Assembly: GCA_951406725.2 (NCBI GenBank)
Contig: OX597817.1
Coordinates: 102,052,001-102,116,000 of the forward strand
DNA from: Octopus vulgaris
Taxonomy: Eukaryota
Reading direction: 5' to 3'
DNA length: 64,000 bases
Below are positions 24,389 through 37,673 of this stretch, piece by piece (within the stretch, counting starts at the first letter, position 1; the number at the start of each line of letters is the position of its first letter). Made by a program: the position numbers and the translations under genes. The notes beneath the pieces are model-generated. The model was not told the origin of the DNA, did no database searches, and saw only the letters and a list, made by a program, of their open reading frames with translations.

Positions 24389-27225
24389 TTTATCGTCACT
24401 ACCTGTAGCCGACATTCTGGTGGAGGGGAAGATGTCGCGAGACCTTGTGGACACGGGCTGTACGACAACCCTGATGACTCCAGAAGTGGTAGAGACGTGG
24501 AGTGGGGAAAGCAGTGTAAGAGCAGTCGACGGAAGAGAAGTACACTGTGAAGGTGTTACAGATGCGCAGATTGTAGTGCAGGGAATAAGGCTGACGCTGC
24601 GAGCAATTGTAGTTGGCTACTTGGTGGACGAGATTGACGTGATAATGGGGTTGGATGCAATCACCCGTTTGGGAGGTGTCACTGTTAACGAGGCCGGTGT
24701 AACGTTCGGGTTTGCGGGGAAACCGTGTATGGCGAGACCATGCACTGGTGACAACCGTGAGGAAAAGCATGCTGCACACACCATTAAAGACCAGGATTTT
24801 CGGGCTGTCTTCGATGGTCAGAGGTGGACAGTGGAGTGGCACTGGAAAGGAGAGCCCCCGATGTTAAAGAATAAAGTGGACTGCTATCAGCATACTCTAA
24901 AAGGAGATGCCAGAAGTGAGTTCGAGGGGGAGGTAATGCGGTGGATTAAGGAGGGTATATTGATCCCTTGGGAAAAAGAAGAGAGCGGAGTCCTGCCACT
25001 GATGGCGGTGATATAGCCCACAAAGCATAAGGTCAGGCCAGTGCTTGACTTCCGAGAGCTGAATGACCACGTATCATGTTATACAGGCGGCAAGGCCACA
25101 GATGTCTGCGGAGACACCTTGCGAGAGTGGAGGCAGATGACAGGGGCCTCCACGATCGTTTATTTGAAGTCGGCATACCTACAGGTGCATGTGGCTGAGA
25201 AACTGTGGAAGTACCAGCTTGTCAGGTATAAGGGCCGGACGTACTGTCTGACCAGGTTGGAGTTCGGGCTGAATTCAGCGTCAAAGGTTATGGCAACAAT
25301 TCTCAAGGCCATCCTGGGAAAGGTGGACAGGGTAAAAAAGGCCACCAATTCGTACATTGATGATATTCTGGTGGATGAAACCGTAATGCCAGCAACGGAG
25401 CTCATAGGCCACCTGAATAGTTTTGGACTGATCGCCAAGCCACAAGAGGCAATGGAGGGAGGTGCTGCACTGGGCCTCAAGCTATGGAGAGACAAGGCCG
25501 GCGCGTTGGTGTTCCGGCGAGGGAATGAGATCCCCGAACTGGGTGCCAGCATGAGTAGACGGGAACTGTTCTCTGTGTGGGGGAAGCTGGTGGGACACTA
25601 CCCGATTGCAGGATGGTTCCGGACAGCATGTAGCTTCATCAAGAGACGAGCTGAAGGAGTGAAGTGGAACGATAGAGTGGGGGAAAAGACGACCGACATG
25701 ATACAGGAAGTCTTGGTCAAAGTAAGAGCAGAGGACCCGGTGAGGGGCAGTTGGTATGTTCCCAAATCAATGAGCGGGATTGTATGGTGTGACGCCAGTA
25801 GAATCGCAATAGGGGTTGTCTTAGAAGTGGGAGGTGTCATGGTAGAAGATGCAGCCTGGCTCAGGAAGACGGATGACTGCAATCATATCAATGTGGCGGA
25901 GTTGGATGCCGTGTTGAAGGGTGTGAACCTAGCCTTGAAGTGTGGGTTGCATACCATAGAAATCAGAACTGATTCAGCCACTGTACTTGGTTGGATGACA
26001 GCAGTCATCACTAATGAGCGGAGGGTGCGGACCAAAGGGGCTGCAGAGATGCTGGTAAAGCGTCGATTGGGGATACTGCGTGAACTAGCCACTGAGTTCA
26101 ATCTGAAGCTGAGCGTGATATTTGTGCCTTCCGAGAAGAACAGGGCGGACGTCCTGACCAGGGTAAAGCGAGCCTGGTTACAGGTGCCAGAGGATGTGAA
26201 GCAGGCTGTAGCTGCAGTATGCCGTCTGAGTGATTCGGAGTTGCGGAGATTGCATACCATGCATCACATGGGGGTGGACAGGACATAGTTCCTAGCCAGA
26301 AAAGTTGACTCGATGTAACAAGACTCGATGTGCAGAGAGTGGTTAGCAGCTGTGACAGGTGCCAGTCCATCGACCCTGCTCCGGGCGTACATGAGGCGGG
26401 AAGTATTCCAGTGGACCACGACTGGAAACGACTGGCGGTGGACATAACACACAGGGGACATAACTCTCAATGGTTGACTGCGGACCGGGGCGGTTGGCCA
26501 TATCGAAGGAGATGAAGATGGGGACCGTAGAGGAAATTGTGAAAGTATTGAATGAGATATTCCTGGAACGAGGCCCCGTGGATGAACTGCTTCTGGATAA
26601 TGACACTGCATTTCGCTCGGAGGTGCTGAAAGAAATGTTTGATGGGTGGAAGGTCAACCGCTTCTTCAGGGCGGCATACCGGCCAAGTGGAAATGGGTTG
26701 GTGGAAAGGCATCATCGTACCATCAAGACCATGGCAGAGAGGGGCCACATTTCACCAATCGCGGCTGTATTTTGGTATAATATGTCACCCAGATCAGGAC
26801 AGGCTGAGGAGTCGGTGCCACACAGAGCAATATTCAGGTACGAGTGGAGGCATCCGTGTACTGCATCAATGTGACCCGGGGCAGAGGAAGAGCACGCCTT
26901 CGTGCAGGTCGGGGAAGAAGTTTGGGTAAAACCCCCAAACGCACGGTGTACATCACGATGGGGAAAGGGAACAATAACCTCTATAAATTCGAAGAACATC
27001 TCTGTCGATGGTATGCCACGCCACGTTTTGGATATACGGAAGATTGTCCATGCCTCAGAGGATGGAACCAGCAGCAGTGGGAAAGAAGATGAAGACAACA
27101 ACAGTAGACAAGATGATGAAGCCAGCAGCAACATGCCAGGAACCAAGGCCAGTCCTTGGGTCGGACTGCGACCACAGAGGGAACGGCACCCTCCTCCCTG
27201 GTTGGCTGATTATGAAACCAGTTAA
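24333..27225 (+). pseudogene. pol: Pol (protease, RT, RNase H, integrase) with stops and frameshifts
   Basis: LVDTG protease; LDFRELN and YIDD RT; WCDAS/ELDA/TDS RNase H; H..H...CDRC and DDE integrase; stops at about 25014, 26286 and 26872. Confidence 0.85.
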
Positions 27226-27291
27226 GGTGTGAGTTCGGGAGCGAGGAGTGAGTGGGAAAGCCGGTTGAGTGATCTGTAGATCAGGGTGGCG

Positions 27292-27609
27292 TGTGGTGTT
27301 GGCGGTCGGTGTTATGGGACGTGATGAGCTATGTGGTGTTGGTGGAGAGGATGACAGATGAGCTGGGCGGAAGTAGGACTTGCAGGGGCCGGCGGAAGAC
27401 TGAGGGGTGCATGCGTGACAGGAAGTGGATGTGGTCAAGGAGGAAGTACATGTGGTCAGCGAGGAAGCGGGGCAGTTCCAGCATAGACGACAAAGCGACA
27501 TGACGTGTTGAATTCGTGAGAGACCGCTGATTTCGCCGAGGTAAGGCCTTTTGTATTTCTTTCTCCCATTGCTTCTTTTTCTGTTGTCCTCTTCATCCAT
27601 CACACTACA
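27292..27609 (+). repeat. 3' LTR (318 bp)
   Basis: Direct repeat of 23362-23599 plus an extra 3' part ending in CA. Confidence 0.9.
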
Positions 27610-27654
27610 ACCAGTTATACAGCGAGGCCTGCTATTTGTGCATAAAGTTTAAAG

Positions 27655-28477
27655 AGCATTGGGGTCGATCTGATCGACTGTCCCCCCCCCTCATCACAAA
27701 AAAAAAAATTTTAGGCCTTGAGCCTAGGGTAGAAAAGAATATTAGGGACAGCAATAAGGTGGCGAGCTGGCAGAATCGTTAGCACACCTGTACGAAAAGC
27801 TTAGGGGCATTTCATCCGTCTTTACATTCTGAGTTCAAATTTCGCTAATGTCGACTTTACCTTTCATCCTTTCGGGGTCGATAAAATAAGTATCATTTAA
27901 ACACTGGGGTCGATGCAATCAACTTTGCCCTTCCCTCGAAATTTCTGGCCTTGTGCCAAAATTTGAAATTAATCATATGGACAGCAATAAAGCGGCGAGC
28001 TGGCAGACTCATTAGCACGCCGGGTGAAATGCTCAGCAGTGTTTCGTCCATCTTTATGTTCTGATTTCAAATTCCGCGAAGGTCGACTTTGCCTTTTATC
28101 CTTTTGGAGATCAATAAAATAAGAACCGAAAGTGCTGGCTTTGAGCCAAAATTTAAAACCAATATTAAGAACAACAATCATTTGGTTTGTAAGTTTGTGA
28201 TCTTTGTGGTTCAGCCCTAAACAAGCAGGCCTATACTTTAAGGCGATTCAGCAGAAATGATTGCGTTTTCTTTTTGTGATACATTGAAGGCGCATGGTTC
28301 AGTGACTAGAGAGTCACACCAGACTGTATTGTGTTCTTTATGTTTAGAGTCCATAAAGATGGACGAAACATTGTTGAGCATTTCACCCGGCGTGCTAATG
28401 AGTCTGCCAGCTCGCCGCTTTATTGCTGTCCATATCATTAGTTTCAAATTTTGGCACAAGGCCAGACATTTCGAGGG
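27655..28477. mobile_element. OK-type SINE cluster including a local inverted duplication
   Basis: SINE motifs; 27933-28058 is inverted at 28352-28477. Confidence 0.8.
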
Positions 28478-28901
28478 GCCTTCTACAGTGGTAAGTAGGG
28501 TGTGTTTTGGTGAAAGTAAATTTAGCATTTGGTTCTTTCCGGAAGGGAGGGTTAATAAAAACGATTACCAGTTATACAGCGAGGCCTGCTATTTGTGGAT
28601 AAAGTTTAAAGCAGTAGCTGTGGTAATAGTATCAGTCGTTGTTGTTGACGTTGGGGTTGTTTTTTAACACCTGGTCAGTGAGGTGTTAAAACAACTCCTT
28701 GATAGAGTATCAAGGTGTTATTCAATGTGATGTGACCATTCCATTCATTTTTTCTTATCCAACGTATTAATTTTTTTAAAGACAGGCGTAATATGTGTGT
28801 GTATGTGTGTGTGGGTGCGTGTGCTTCATAGCGGGGATATTTGGATGCTATTTCTTGTACATCGAACCATTATTTAAAGATTCGCTCGTTGACGTGCCAC
28901 T

Positions 28902-28940
<39 letters not shown>

Positions 28941-28955
28941 CCAGTTGTCGCGATT

Positions 28956-28997
<42 letters not shown>

Positions 28998-29449
28998 ATG
29001 AGGTGGGGTGGTATAAGTGGTGGTGATGAGGTGGTAGTTGTGGTGGTGGTGGAGGTGGTGGTGGTCTTCGAAGTAGTGTCATAAGATAAAAGTAAAAATA
29101 AAATAAATTGTGTAAGTCTACTTATTTATTCCTACAGCTGTGTTCATGGTAATTTCAGTTGCTTGTTTCTTTCTTTCTTTTCCTTTTTTCTTTTCTTTTT
29201 CTTCTTTTTTTTTTGAGCTCTGAACCCTAAGCTCAGGTAAGCTTCGTGTGTGAGGAGATGTTCTTTATTTGCTAGCCCCATTTACTTGGAGTGGATTAAG
29301 ACTGAGAAGTGTTTACTTACCTCCTAGGCCCTGTGGAGAGAGTCTTCTTATCATTGAGATATAAAAGTCAGCCAAGACAAACAAACCAACAATCTGTGAC
29401 TGAGGGTGGTGGTGGCAAGTAGAGGGAAATTGCGAGGCGCACGTGCACA

Positions 29450-29482
29450 AACATACATACATAAATACATACATACATATAT

Positions 29483-29523
<41 letters not shown>

Positions 29524-30272
29524 GTGCATATATATATACATGCATTCGTATATACATACATGCATACATATGTACACACATAATCATATACATACGTACA
29601 TACAAAATTCATACATACATACATTCATATATACATACATTCATTCATACATACATAACTACACACATACAAATATGTATGCATGCATATATAAATGCAT
29701 AATACAGACACACGAACATGCAATCATACATCCATACATCCATACATACATGCGTGCACACATACATACATATATGCATACATGCAAACATGTATGCATA
29801 CATACATTGATGCATAAATGCATACCTACATGCATGCATACATACATACAAGCATGCATACATACATGCATACATATAAACATATATACATGCATGCATA
29901 CATGTATATAAACATACATACATATATATACCTACATGCATGCATTCATACATACATACATGCATACATGCATACATGCAAGCGTGCATACATACATGCA
30001 TACATGCTTATATACATAGTACATACATACATACATGTATACATAAATACATAGATACATATGAGCATGTCTAGATATGCAAGTATGTGCATGAAAAGAC
30101 ATACATAAAGCAAAACATTCAAATCTGCACGTATACATATATACGTACATACATAATACCTACCTACCTACCTACATACATACATACATACATCCATCCA
30201 TCCATACATACATACATACATACATACATACATACATACATACATACATACATACATACATACATACATACA
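29450..30272. repeat. Degenerate (CATA)n/(TA)n array containing an R4/Dong-like 3' tail (about 30050-30135)
   Basis: atgagcatgtctagatatgcaa...cataaagcaaaacat matches 52190-52250. Confidence 0.8.
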
Positions 30273-30973
30273 TAAATTCATACAGACGTACAGAAATATA
30301 CAGGTAGAACATTCCAATTAAAACAGCAACCCCGTGTAAGCACAACAGGTCGAATATGATTCTGTGGAACAGGGAGTTAAAATGGTGCATTATTGTAGAT
30401 ATCAGCAGCCCAGCAGATGTAGGTGCCTTGTTAAAAATAGGGAAAAGGAGAGCATCTATGTAGAACCAAAGAGAAACCTACAGATCTTATAGCCAAGGCA
30501 TCTGATTATCATTTATTTCTATTATAGATTCTCATTTGTTCCAATTATCCAAGGTGCAGTGAGTTATGTAACACCAGATCTGCAAAGATACCTAGAAGTA
30601 CTTGGTTTTGTGGTTAAACTACAGTTTTTAAGCCCATCGTTGTTAAACTTTAAACAGATGAATATACATTTAGTTATTCTCTTGGTACACTAGCAATATA
30701 GAAGATTTTTCTGCTATATTTCACGCTTCATTAAACCACTCGTGAGAAGACAAATACTCATCCTTTTAATAACGAAGAGAAGTCGTAGCAAATTGTTATT
30801 TTAATTAATGCACAAGCTAGAACTTGTCTATAATATTTACACGCAATTCAGTGTGTGTTCTAGATAAAAGATAAATTTAAAGTAGCTAAACAGTAGATTT
30901 TTAAAGCTTTTCGCCGTGAAACTTTGAACAATCTTATGCGCGTACATGTGTCTGTGTGTGTGCGAGTAGATAC

Positions 30974-31038
<65 letters not shown>

Positions 31039-31062
31039 GTGTGTGTGATTGTGTATAGAAGA

Positions 31063-31479
31063 ATATATTAATAAAAGGAATTCCAACCTTGTCTGATTTT
31101 CACGTTTTATTTACAATCTTATAATGATATATTATAAGATAATATATTATAATAGAATAAAATAAAATAGTAGAATGTTAAATGTTCATTCTGATTGAAC
31201 TAGTACTTTCATGCATTAAATTCTGCAATCTTCGGGTTCATGTAGTAGTGGTGACAGTCATGCTTCACAATTTTTGAAGCATGACTGTCACCACTACTAC
31301 ATGAACCCGAAGATTGCAGAATTTAATGCATGAAAGTACTAGTTCAATCAGAATGAACATTTAACATTCTACTATTTTATTTTATTCTATTATAATATAT
31401 TATCTTATAATATATCATTATAAGATTGTAAATAAAACGTGAAAATCAGACAAGGTTGGAATTCCTTTTATTAATATAT
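31063..31479. repeat. Perfect palindrome, 205-bp arms with 7-nt loop
   Basis: 31063-31267 is the exact reverse complement of 31275-31479 (checked block by block). Confidence 0.97.
31302..31346 (+). ncRNA. Minimal type I hammerhead-like motif (C4 variant); mirror copy on minus strand at 31196-31240
   Basis: tgaac-CCGAAGA-ttgca(gaatttaa)tgcat-GAAAGTACTA-gttca. Confidence 0.65.
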
Positions 31480-31644
31480 ATATATATATATACCACGTTA
31501 GCAACCAGACTATCGGAGGTTGTTATATATCGCTGGTCAGAATGCGCTTCGTATCGTATAGCTTTCGAATGATACCACCCAGCTGGCTAGTCGAGCTGTC
31601 GGCCAACATTACTCCTGTTCGGAATGCTATTCCGTCGTTGGGTT

Positions 31645-31788
31645 AGCCATTTACAGCTGAGTTGACTGGAGCAACGGGAAATGAAGTGTTTTGCACAAGA
31701 ATACATCGCACAGCTCGGTCCGGGAATCCAACTCACGATCTAGCGATTGTGAGTTCAGTACCCTAACCACTAGGCCAAGCGCCTTCAC
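31645..31788 (-). mobile_element. tRNA-derived SINE head
   Basis: A-box-like tggcctagtgg and B-box-like gagttggattcc; related to 40777-41100. Confidence 0.65.
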
Positions 31789-31969
31789 ACGCGCGCGCGC
31801 CCAAACACACACATACACACACCACACACACCACACACACACACACACATACACACACACACACACGTACAGGTGAGCACATAAGTGCAAAACAAGGTGG
31901 AAAAAATAGTATTCGAATACCAAAAGTAGAGTAATATGCTTTTTATTAAAGCTGCAAAATTATCACAGA

Positions 31970-32009
31970 ACTGTTGCTCAAAGTTTCACGTCCCCGTTCC
32001 TCGGACAGT
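31970..32009 (-). ncRNA. Hammerhead-like motif (C4 variant, cleavage triplet degenerate)
   Basis: actgt-CCGAGGA-acg(ggga)cgt-GAAAC-tttga-GCA-acagt on the minus strand. Confidence 0.55.
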
Positions 32010-32034
32010 TGTGACGGAATGAATATATATATAT

Positions 32035-34145
32035 GACACCAACCATGCTCTTCGTTTGTTCAACGCTTTCTCCTTTCCTCCTGGCCCCTCTAAACTTCTC
32101 TTCACCTTTGACATCAAGAGTGTATACACGGTGATCCCTCACCAGGAGGGCCTGCGTGCACTCCAGCATTTCCTTGACCTTCAACCCAACCCCAGCCTGA
32201 CACATCCACACTACTTCGTCTGGCCAAACTTGTCCCCTCACTTAACTGCTTCTCGTTCGCGGGTGATTTTTACCAGCAGTTCGCGGGAGTGGCCATGAGA
32301 ACGAGAATTGGCTGCGTTGAGGCCCAAATATTCTCAAGTTTCACTGGTCCTTAACTATACGGTTGTTATATTGGTGATTGTATCGGTGCGACTTCACTCT
32401 CCCGCGAACATTTAGACTCTTTCCTCTCTTTTGTCAAATCTTTCCATCCTGCCCTCCACTTCTCCTGCTCTATTTCCGACACCTCAGTCCCCTTTCTCGA
32501 CATTTCGGTCAGCACTCCTCACTCCACTCTCACCACCTCCCTCCACTACAAACACACAGACTCACACTCATGCCTCAACTTTTCCTCCTCCCACCCTAAA
32601 CCCACCAAACTCTCCATCCTCTATTCTCATTTCCTCCCTCTATGCAGGCTCTGCAGTGACAACCATGATTTTGAGACTCAGTCTCAACTTATGGCTCGCC
32701 ACTTCATCCTACGTGGATATCCTCTCACCACTATACACACCGCCCTTGCCAGAGCACGTTCTGTGGACTGTGCATCTGCTCTCTCCCCCGCATCCGCCCC
32801 GCAGTCACCCGTTTCCCCTCACATACCACCCCACCACCCTACCTCTCTAACACACCATTCTCGAGCCTTCCGGCGACTCCAGTCCAACCTTTCCATTTCG
32901 CATAGCCTCCCTAACCGACTCCTCCCCTCCTTCAAACGATCCCACAACTTTCGGGACCTCCTGGTCCACAGCTTCTTCTCTAAGCCAACCTCCCAACCCG
33001 GCTCGTTCCCCTGCTCCTGCCCACGCTGCTGCACTTAACCTTACCTCTCCGATATCATCCTCCTCACAGGCACTCATCATTGACCCTATCATATCACTGA
33101 CTACTTCACCTGCACTTCTAGCAACGTCATCTACTGCATCTCCTGCTCTCTTTATACATCGGTCGAACGGGACACCGCTTTGCCGACCGGTTCGCGGAAC
33201 ACCTCCGAGACATCCGACTCGGTAACGACACCCCCGTCTCGCGCCATTTCCACTCTACCGGTCACTCTTGTCCTTGCACAGGGGCCATCCGGACTCCCGT
33301 CTTCACGGTGAGCAGGGATTAATCTTCTCTCTTCATTCCTTTGCGCCACATAGGCTCAACTCTATTCATCTAACCCTCCTCCTCTCTCCTCTCTTCCTTT
33401 CACACCTACTTCCGCCCACCCACCTCTCCTCTCTTGCCCTGGCACCTACTTCCTCTCTTCACACCTACCCACCTTCTCCCTTCCACCCTCTCCCTCCATC
33501 GTTACCCTACCCTACACATTCCAACCCTACCATCCCTATACATTACATCCCACCCCACCCCATCCATTAGACCCCACCCTTTCTTCCCCCACTTTCGCTT
33601 CCCCCATACCCCAACACCATCACACCACACCACACACCACCAAACCACGCACCACCACACCACACACCACCACACCACCACACAACACACCACTACAACA
33701 CACACCGCATCACACCACCCCGCACACAGTATCACTGACCACTTCCCAGCACCCACACCGGCGCACACACTATCACTGACTACTTCCCATACACCTACAC
33801 ATGCACACACGCACACGTCAATGTCACCAGCCCCCTTCCACACGTACATACACGCTCTCACATACGCACGCATGCGCACCTTCATTTTGGGATCATCGCT
33901 ACTTTATTACCTCCCCTTCTTCCTAGCTCTCCTGTGTGACCCCTCTGTCTGGCATTCGCCATGATAGATCGCTAGCCACCAAACCTTTTTCTGTTTTCTC
34001 TTCTTGTTTATTTCTGTGTTCCTTTCTGTCGACGAGCGTAGGCTCGAAACGTAAAAGACTTTCTCACTTCCCAGGCGTTAAACTAATTCATCTGTTTGTT
34101 GTTTTCACACCCGTCTTCCTTTATTTTTTTTTGTAAATTCTCACT
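32035..34145 (+). mobile_element. Penelope-like element, 5'-truncated (RT plus GIY-YIG plus tail), degenerate
   Basis: LLFTFDIKSVYTVIPH, GVAM, PFLDISV, RGYP and FTCTSSNVIYCISC..YIG.TG..FA.RF.EH; hammerhead-like motif at 34022-34057; (TA)n on both sides. Confidence 0.85.
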
Positions 34146-34264
34146 ATATATATATATATATATATATATACTATCACAGCTGTCCGGGATTTAATAAAAA
34201 GCATATTACTCTACTTTTTGTATTCAGGTACTATTTTTTCCACCTTGTTTTGCGCTTATGCGCT

Positions 34265-34341
<77 letters not shown>

Positions 34342-35410
34342 TTACATCATATACACGCGTACATATCTATATATGTGATTTTTGTCCATTCGTGTCCGAA
34401 GAAGACAAACACTAATAAGGTATAGCGCTAACATGCTACCCTAAAGAGAATACGCATTTGGTAGCGACGTTGTTTATCGAATATGGCGATTATGTAGAAC
34501 GTGTTATCTGTCTACTGTGTGAAGACGGTTTCACTTTGTTGGCTTGCAAGTAATCGTAGAAGGGACCATATAAAATCTGTTTTCTCCGGGTGATGTGACT
34601 CATATTACTTCTGTTAAGTCTTCTCTTTGGGGAAGCCTAATAAGTCGATTTGGTTGTGAAGTTTCCAAATTATTATCTAACATAATGACAACCACTTCTA
34701 CTGTGAGCCAACTGTATCTTTGGATACCAATTTTAGAAACCTGTTTATTTGGGGGAATAATTATTGAAAGCACTCCGGTATTAACCATAACCAAGTATTC
34801 TTTGCAATTCTCATGAAACAGAACTACAAACTCGTTATCCGGTAACATTGCTTAAAGCGATCCCATGGAATGTCAGCCGATTATGTTCAGTATTTGCATT
34901 CTCCGATCGAGTTCTTTAAAGCGGTCTCCGTTGATTGTCTTGTTCCACGTAAAAAAACCACTCAACCTATTTTCATTGGTAATTGTCTACAGTTCTTTTG
35001 CAATTGCTCTTCTTCATCTGTTTTTGTTTTAATGACCTCTTCTTGTCTTAATTTGCATTTTGGTTTGTAAGCTATGTTAAATACGTTTTCGTTGGTTCGT
35101 ACGACGCATAATTTTGTTGGAGGACGTTGTAACACTTTTGTGTTTGTAAATGTATTGAAGAAAATGAAGGAAAAGCATCAGTGTTAAGAACTGAAACATA
35201 TCAGACCAAAACTGAAAGGTAAAAAGAAAATTAATAAATTGTGATTCTATGGTTATGTAACTAGTGTACCTTTCAAAACTGAAATGTGTCAGTATGAGGA
35301 ATTGTATAAAATTGAAATGCTTTGGTGTTAAGAACGGCAATAGATGAAAAAGAAAACTGAAAACTAATCCTTCATAACTGAAATTTCTGTATTATTGAAA
35401 GCTATTAGTT

Positions 35411-36622
35411 TAGGTTGGAAAAAAGTCCTCTTGCATTTTTGGTATGATCCCTTTGAGAATATTTTTTAAATACTTACGGTAAAGTACGCATTAATTTTTG
35501 CATTCTAATGTTTTTTTTTTCTTTCTTTGAAGATTACTTTATACCATAGTGGTTAAATTCGTATCGATTTTGCCCTTTTAAAATGAGTTTTGATCAGACC
35601 TATTTCAAACAGTGTATGCTGCGTGAATTAATTAGGGAGTCTTCAGCAATGGAATCGGTAAGAAATATTCGTTCCCTCTCTGGAAATGAAGCTTTAAGCG
35701 TTCGGATATGCCAGTGATGGTTTGGCTAGTTTCGCTTGAAGATCTGGATGATTGAGTACTGTCAATAGTAAGTTTTTGAAAACCGTAGTTGAGGAAAATT
35801 TAAAGCAAATTGCACAGGAATTAGCAAAACAGCTCAATTTAAGTAACAGTTTGATCATAAAACACCTTGAACTAGGGAAAGTAACTAAACTTGATCAGTT
35901 GGTCCCTCATCACGTGACTGATTCTCAGCTTAATAAAAGAGTTACCCTCTGCTTGTCCCTGAAGAGCAGACTTGCTACCCAACGTTTCCTGAGTAGGAAC
36001 ATCATAAAGTGATGAAAACTGGGTTATGTATAGACATATTCAACGAAATCAACAATGGTCTGCAGCCACTGAAAAAGAAGAATCCCTCCCCAAATCACTC
36101 GAAAAAAGTTGTTCTCTGGTCGGCTGTGAAGCGTGTAGTATATCATCAAGTTTTAAACTAAAATCAAAGTTAATATGGGGAAGTATTTTCATCAATGGGA
36201 AGCATTTCACAAGAATTAGCAGAAAAAGCGCCCATCATTGGTCAATCTTAGGGAGGTATTTCTATTACACAATAATGCAAGACGACTTACTGCCCAAGTT
36301 ACTTACGAAAAGATTATGGCTCTAAATGTAGAAGTTTGCCTCTTTCTCCAAACTTCCCTGACCTTGGTACATCTTTTTCAGATCATGAAGCATCATTTAG
36401 ATGGAAATCAAGTTATTACTTGTGAAGTAGTTAAAAAGGATATTCACTGCTTCGAAAGTTGAAGAATTTTATACTTAAGGGATCAAGAATTTATCAAATA
36501 GATGAGATTACGCTATCAATAATGAGAGGAAATGTTATCTTGATTAAATATGTCAATTAAGACCAAGAAGTATTTGTTTCTTTCCAATCTTTAAATGCGA
36601 AAGGTTTTTTTTTTCCTATCTA
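35411..36622 (+). mobile_element. Degenerate full-length mariner element
   Basis: Imperfect TIRs (taggttggaaaaaagtcctcttgcattt / aaatgcgaaaggttttttttttcctatcta); VPHH-like and LLHNNAR motifs; about 1.2 kb. Confidence 0.7.
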
Positions 36623-36949
36623 AAAATCATAGCGTGCGTGTGTGTATAAATGTGCTTTCGTACAATCCAGTGGGAATGAATTTGAGTAACTGTTAACATA
36701 ATTTACTTTAAGGTATGGATGAATTAAGTTTAACTTTAACCTCCCTATTCTTATAAACACCAAGTAGCTATTTAACTCGCTTTGTGATCGTGTGCGCATC
36801 AAACCACACGTGTGCGTTTGCTTACATTTTCATGGATGCTCGTATGAGCGAGTGTACACGAGCCATGCAGCTTGTATGAGGGCATTTAGACATCCTTATC
36901 TGTTAACGGTTATTTTCAATACTTTCTCGCAGTATTGCGTGTTAGTTTC

Positions 36950-37175
36950 TTTTTTGCATCTGTGATTTTATTTTTGATCTTCTATATAAATGAAGGTATT
37001 TCCTTCGTTTGCTGGAACTGTTATTTTAACGAGTTGTATCTATTTATCTATTTATCACCCGATGAGATATATCTGCATCGCCGGATGCTCCGGAACCAGC
37101 TGTTAGGTATTCCACTCAGGAGGGATCGATGTTAGATGTGTCGAAACAATTATCATGATTAATAAAAATTCTCGT
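36950..37175 (+). mobile_element. Probable PLE tail with two degenerate hammerhead-like motifs
   Basis: ccgatgag...ggaaccagctgtta and ctcaggag...tcgaaacaattatc, followed by aataaa and (CA)n. Confidence 0.4.
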
Positions 37176-37181
37176 ATATTC

Positions 37182-37215
<34 letters not shown>

Positions 37216-37281
37216 TACACACACACATACATACGTACACACACACACACACACACGCACACATACACACACACATACATA

Positions 37282-37319
<38 letters not shown>

Positions 37320-37506
37320 TACACACTGTTTGAAGACATAATGTTGTAAAATTGCCTGAGATAAACTCTATAGATTTGTCTTAAAAACAATATATATTGG
37401 AGCAAGACGAACATAATCGTTGCTCTGACTCACGGGACGAATGTTTTGCTTTTGTGAAGGCTTGTTAATATCTCTTTCTCCTCTCTCTCTTTCTCTCTCT
37501 CTCTCA

Positions 37507-37538
<32 letters not shown>

Positions 37539-37561
37539 GTCTGTCTGTCTGTCTGTCTGTA

Positions 37562-37673
<112 letters not shown>

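Larger units (their letters stand above)
23362..27609 (+). mobile_element. Ty3/Gypsy LTR retrotransposon, near full length, with ACCAG TSD
   Basis: LTR direct repeats 23362-23599 (truncated) and 27292-27609; TGTGGTG...CACTACA ends; ACCAG at 23357-23361 and 27610-27614; domain order gag-PR-RT-RH-IN. Confidence 0.93.

Noticed and set aside
29313-30390. Many ORFs with YIYI, HTHT and MYVC repeats (also at 15538-15921, 37103-38574, 50056-50590, 56395-58354)
   Set aside because: These are translations of stop-free microsatellites, not genes.
34380-35060. PBS-like tggtagcgac and a faint protease-like word on the opposite strand
   Set aside because: The signals are on inconsistent strands and there is no LTR pair.
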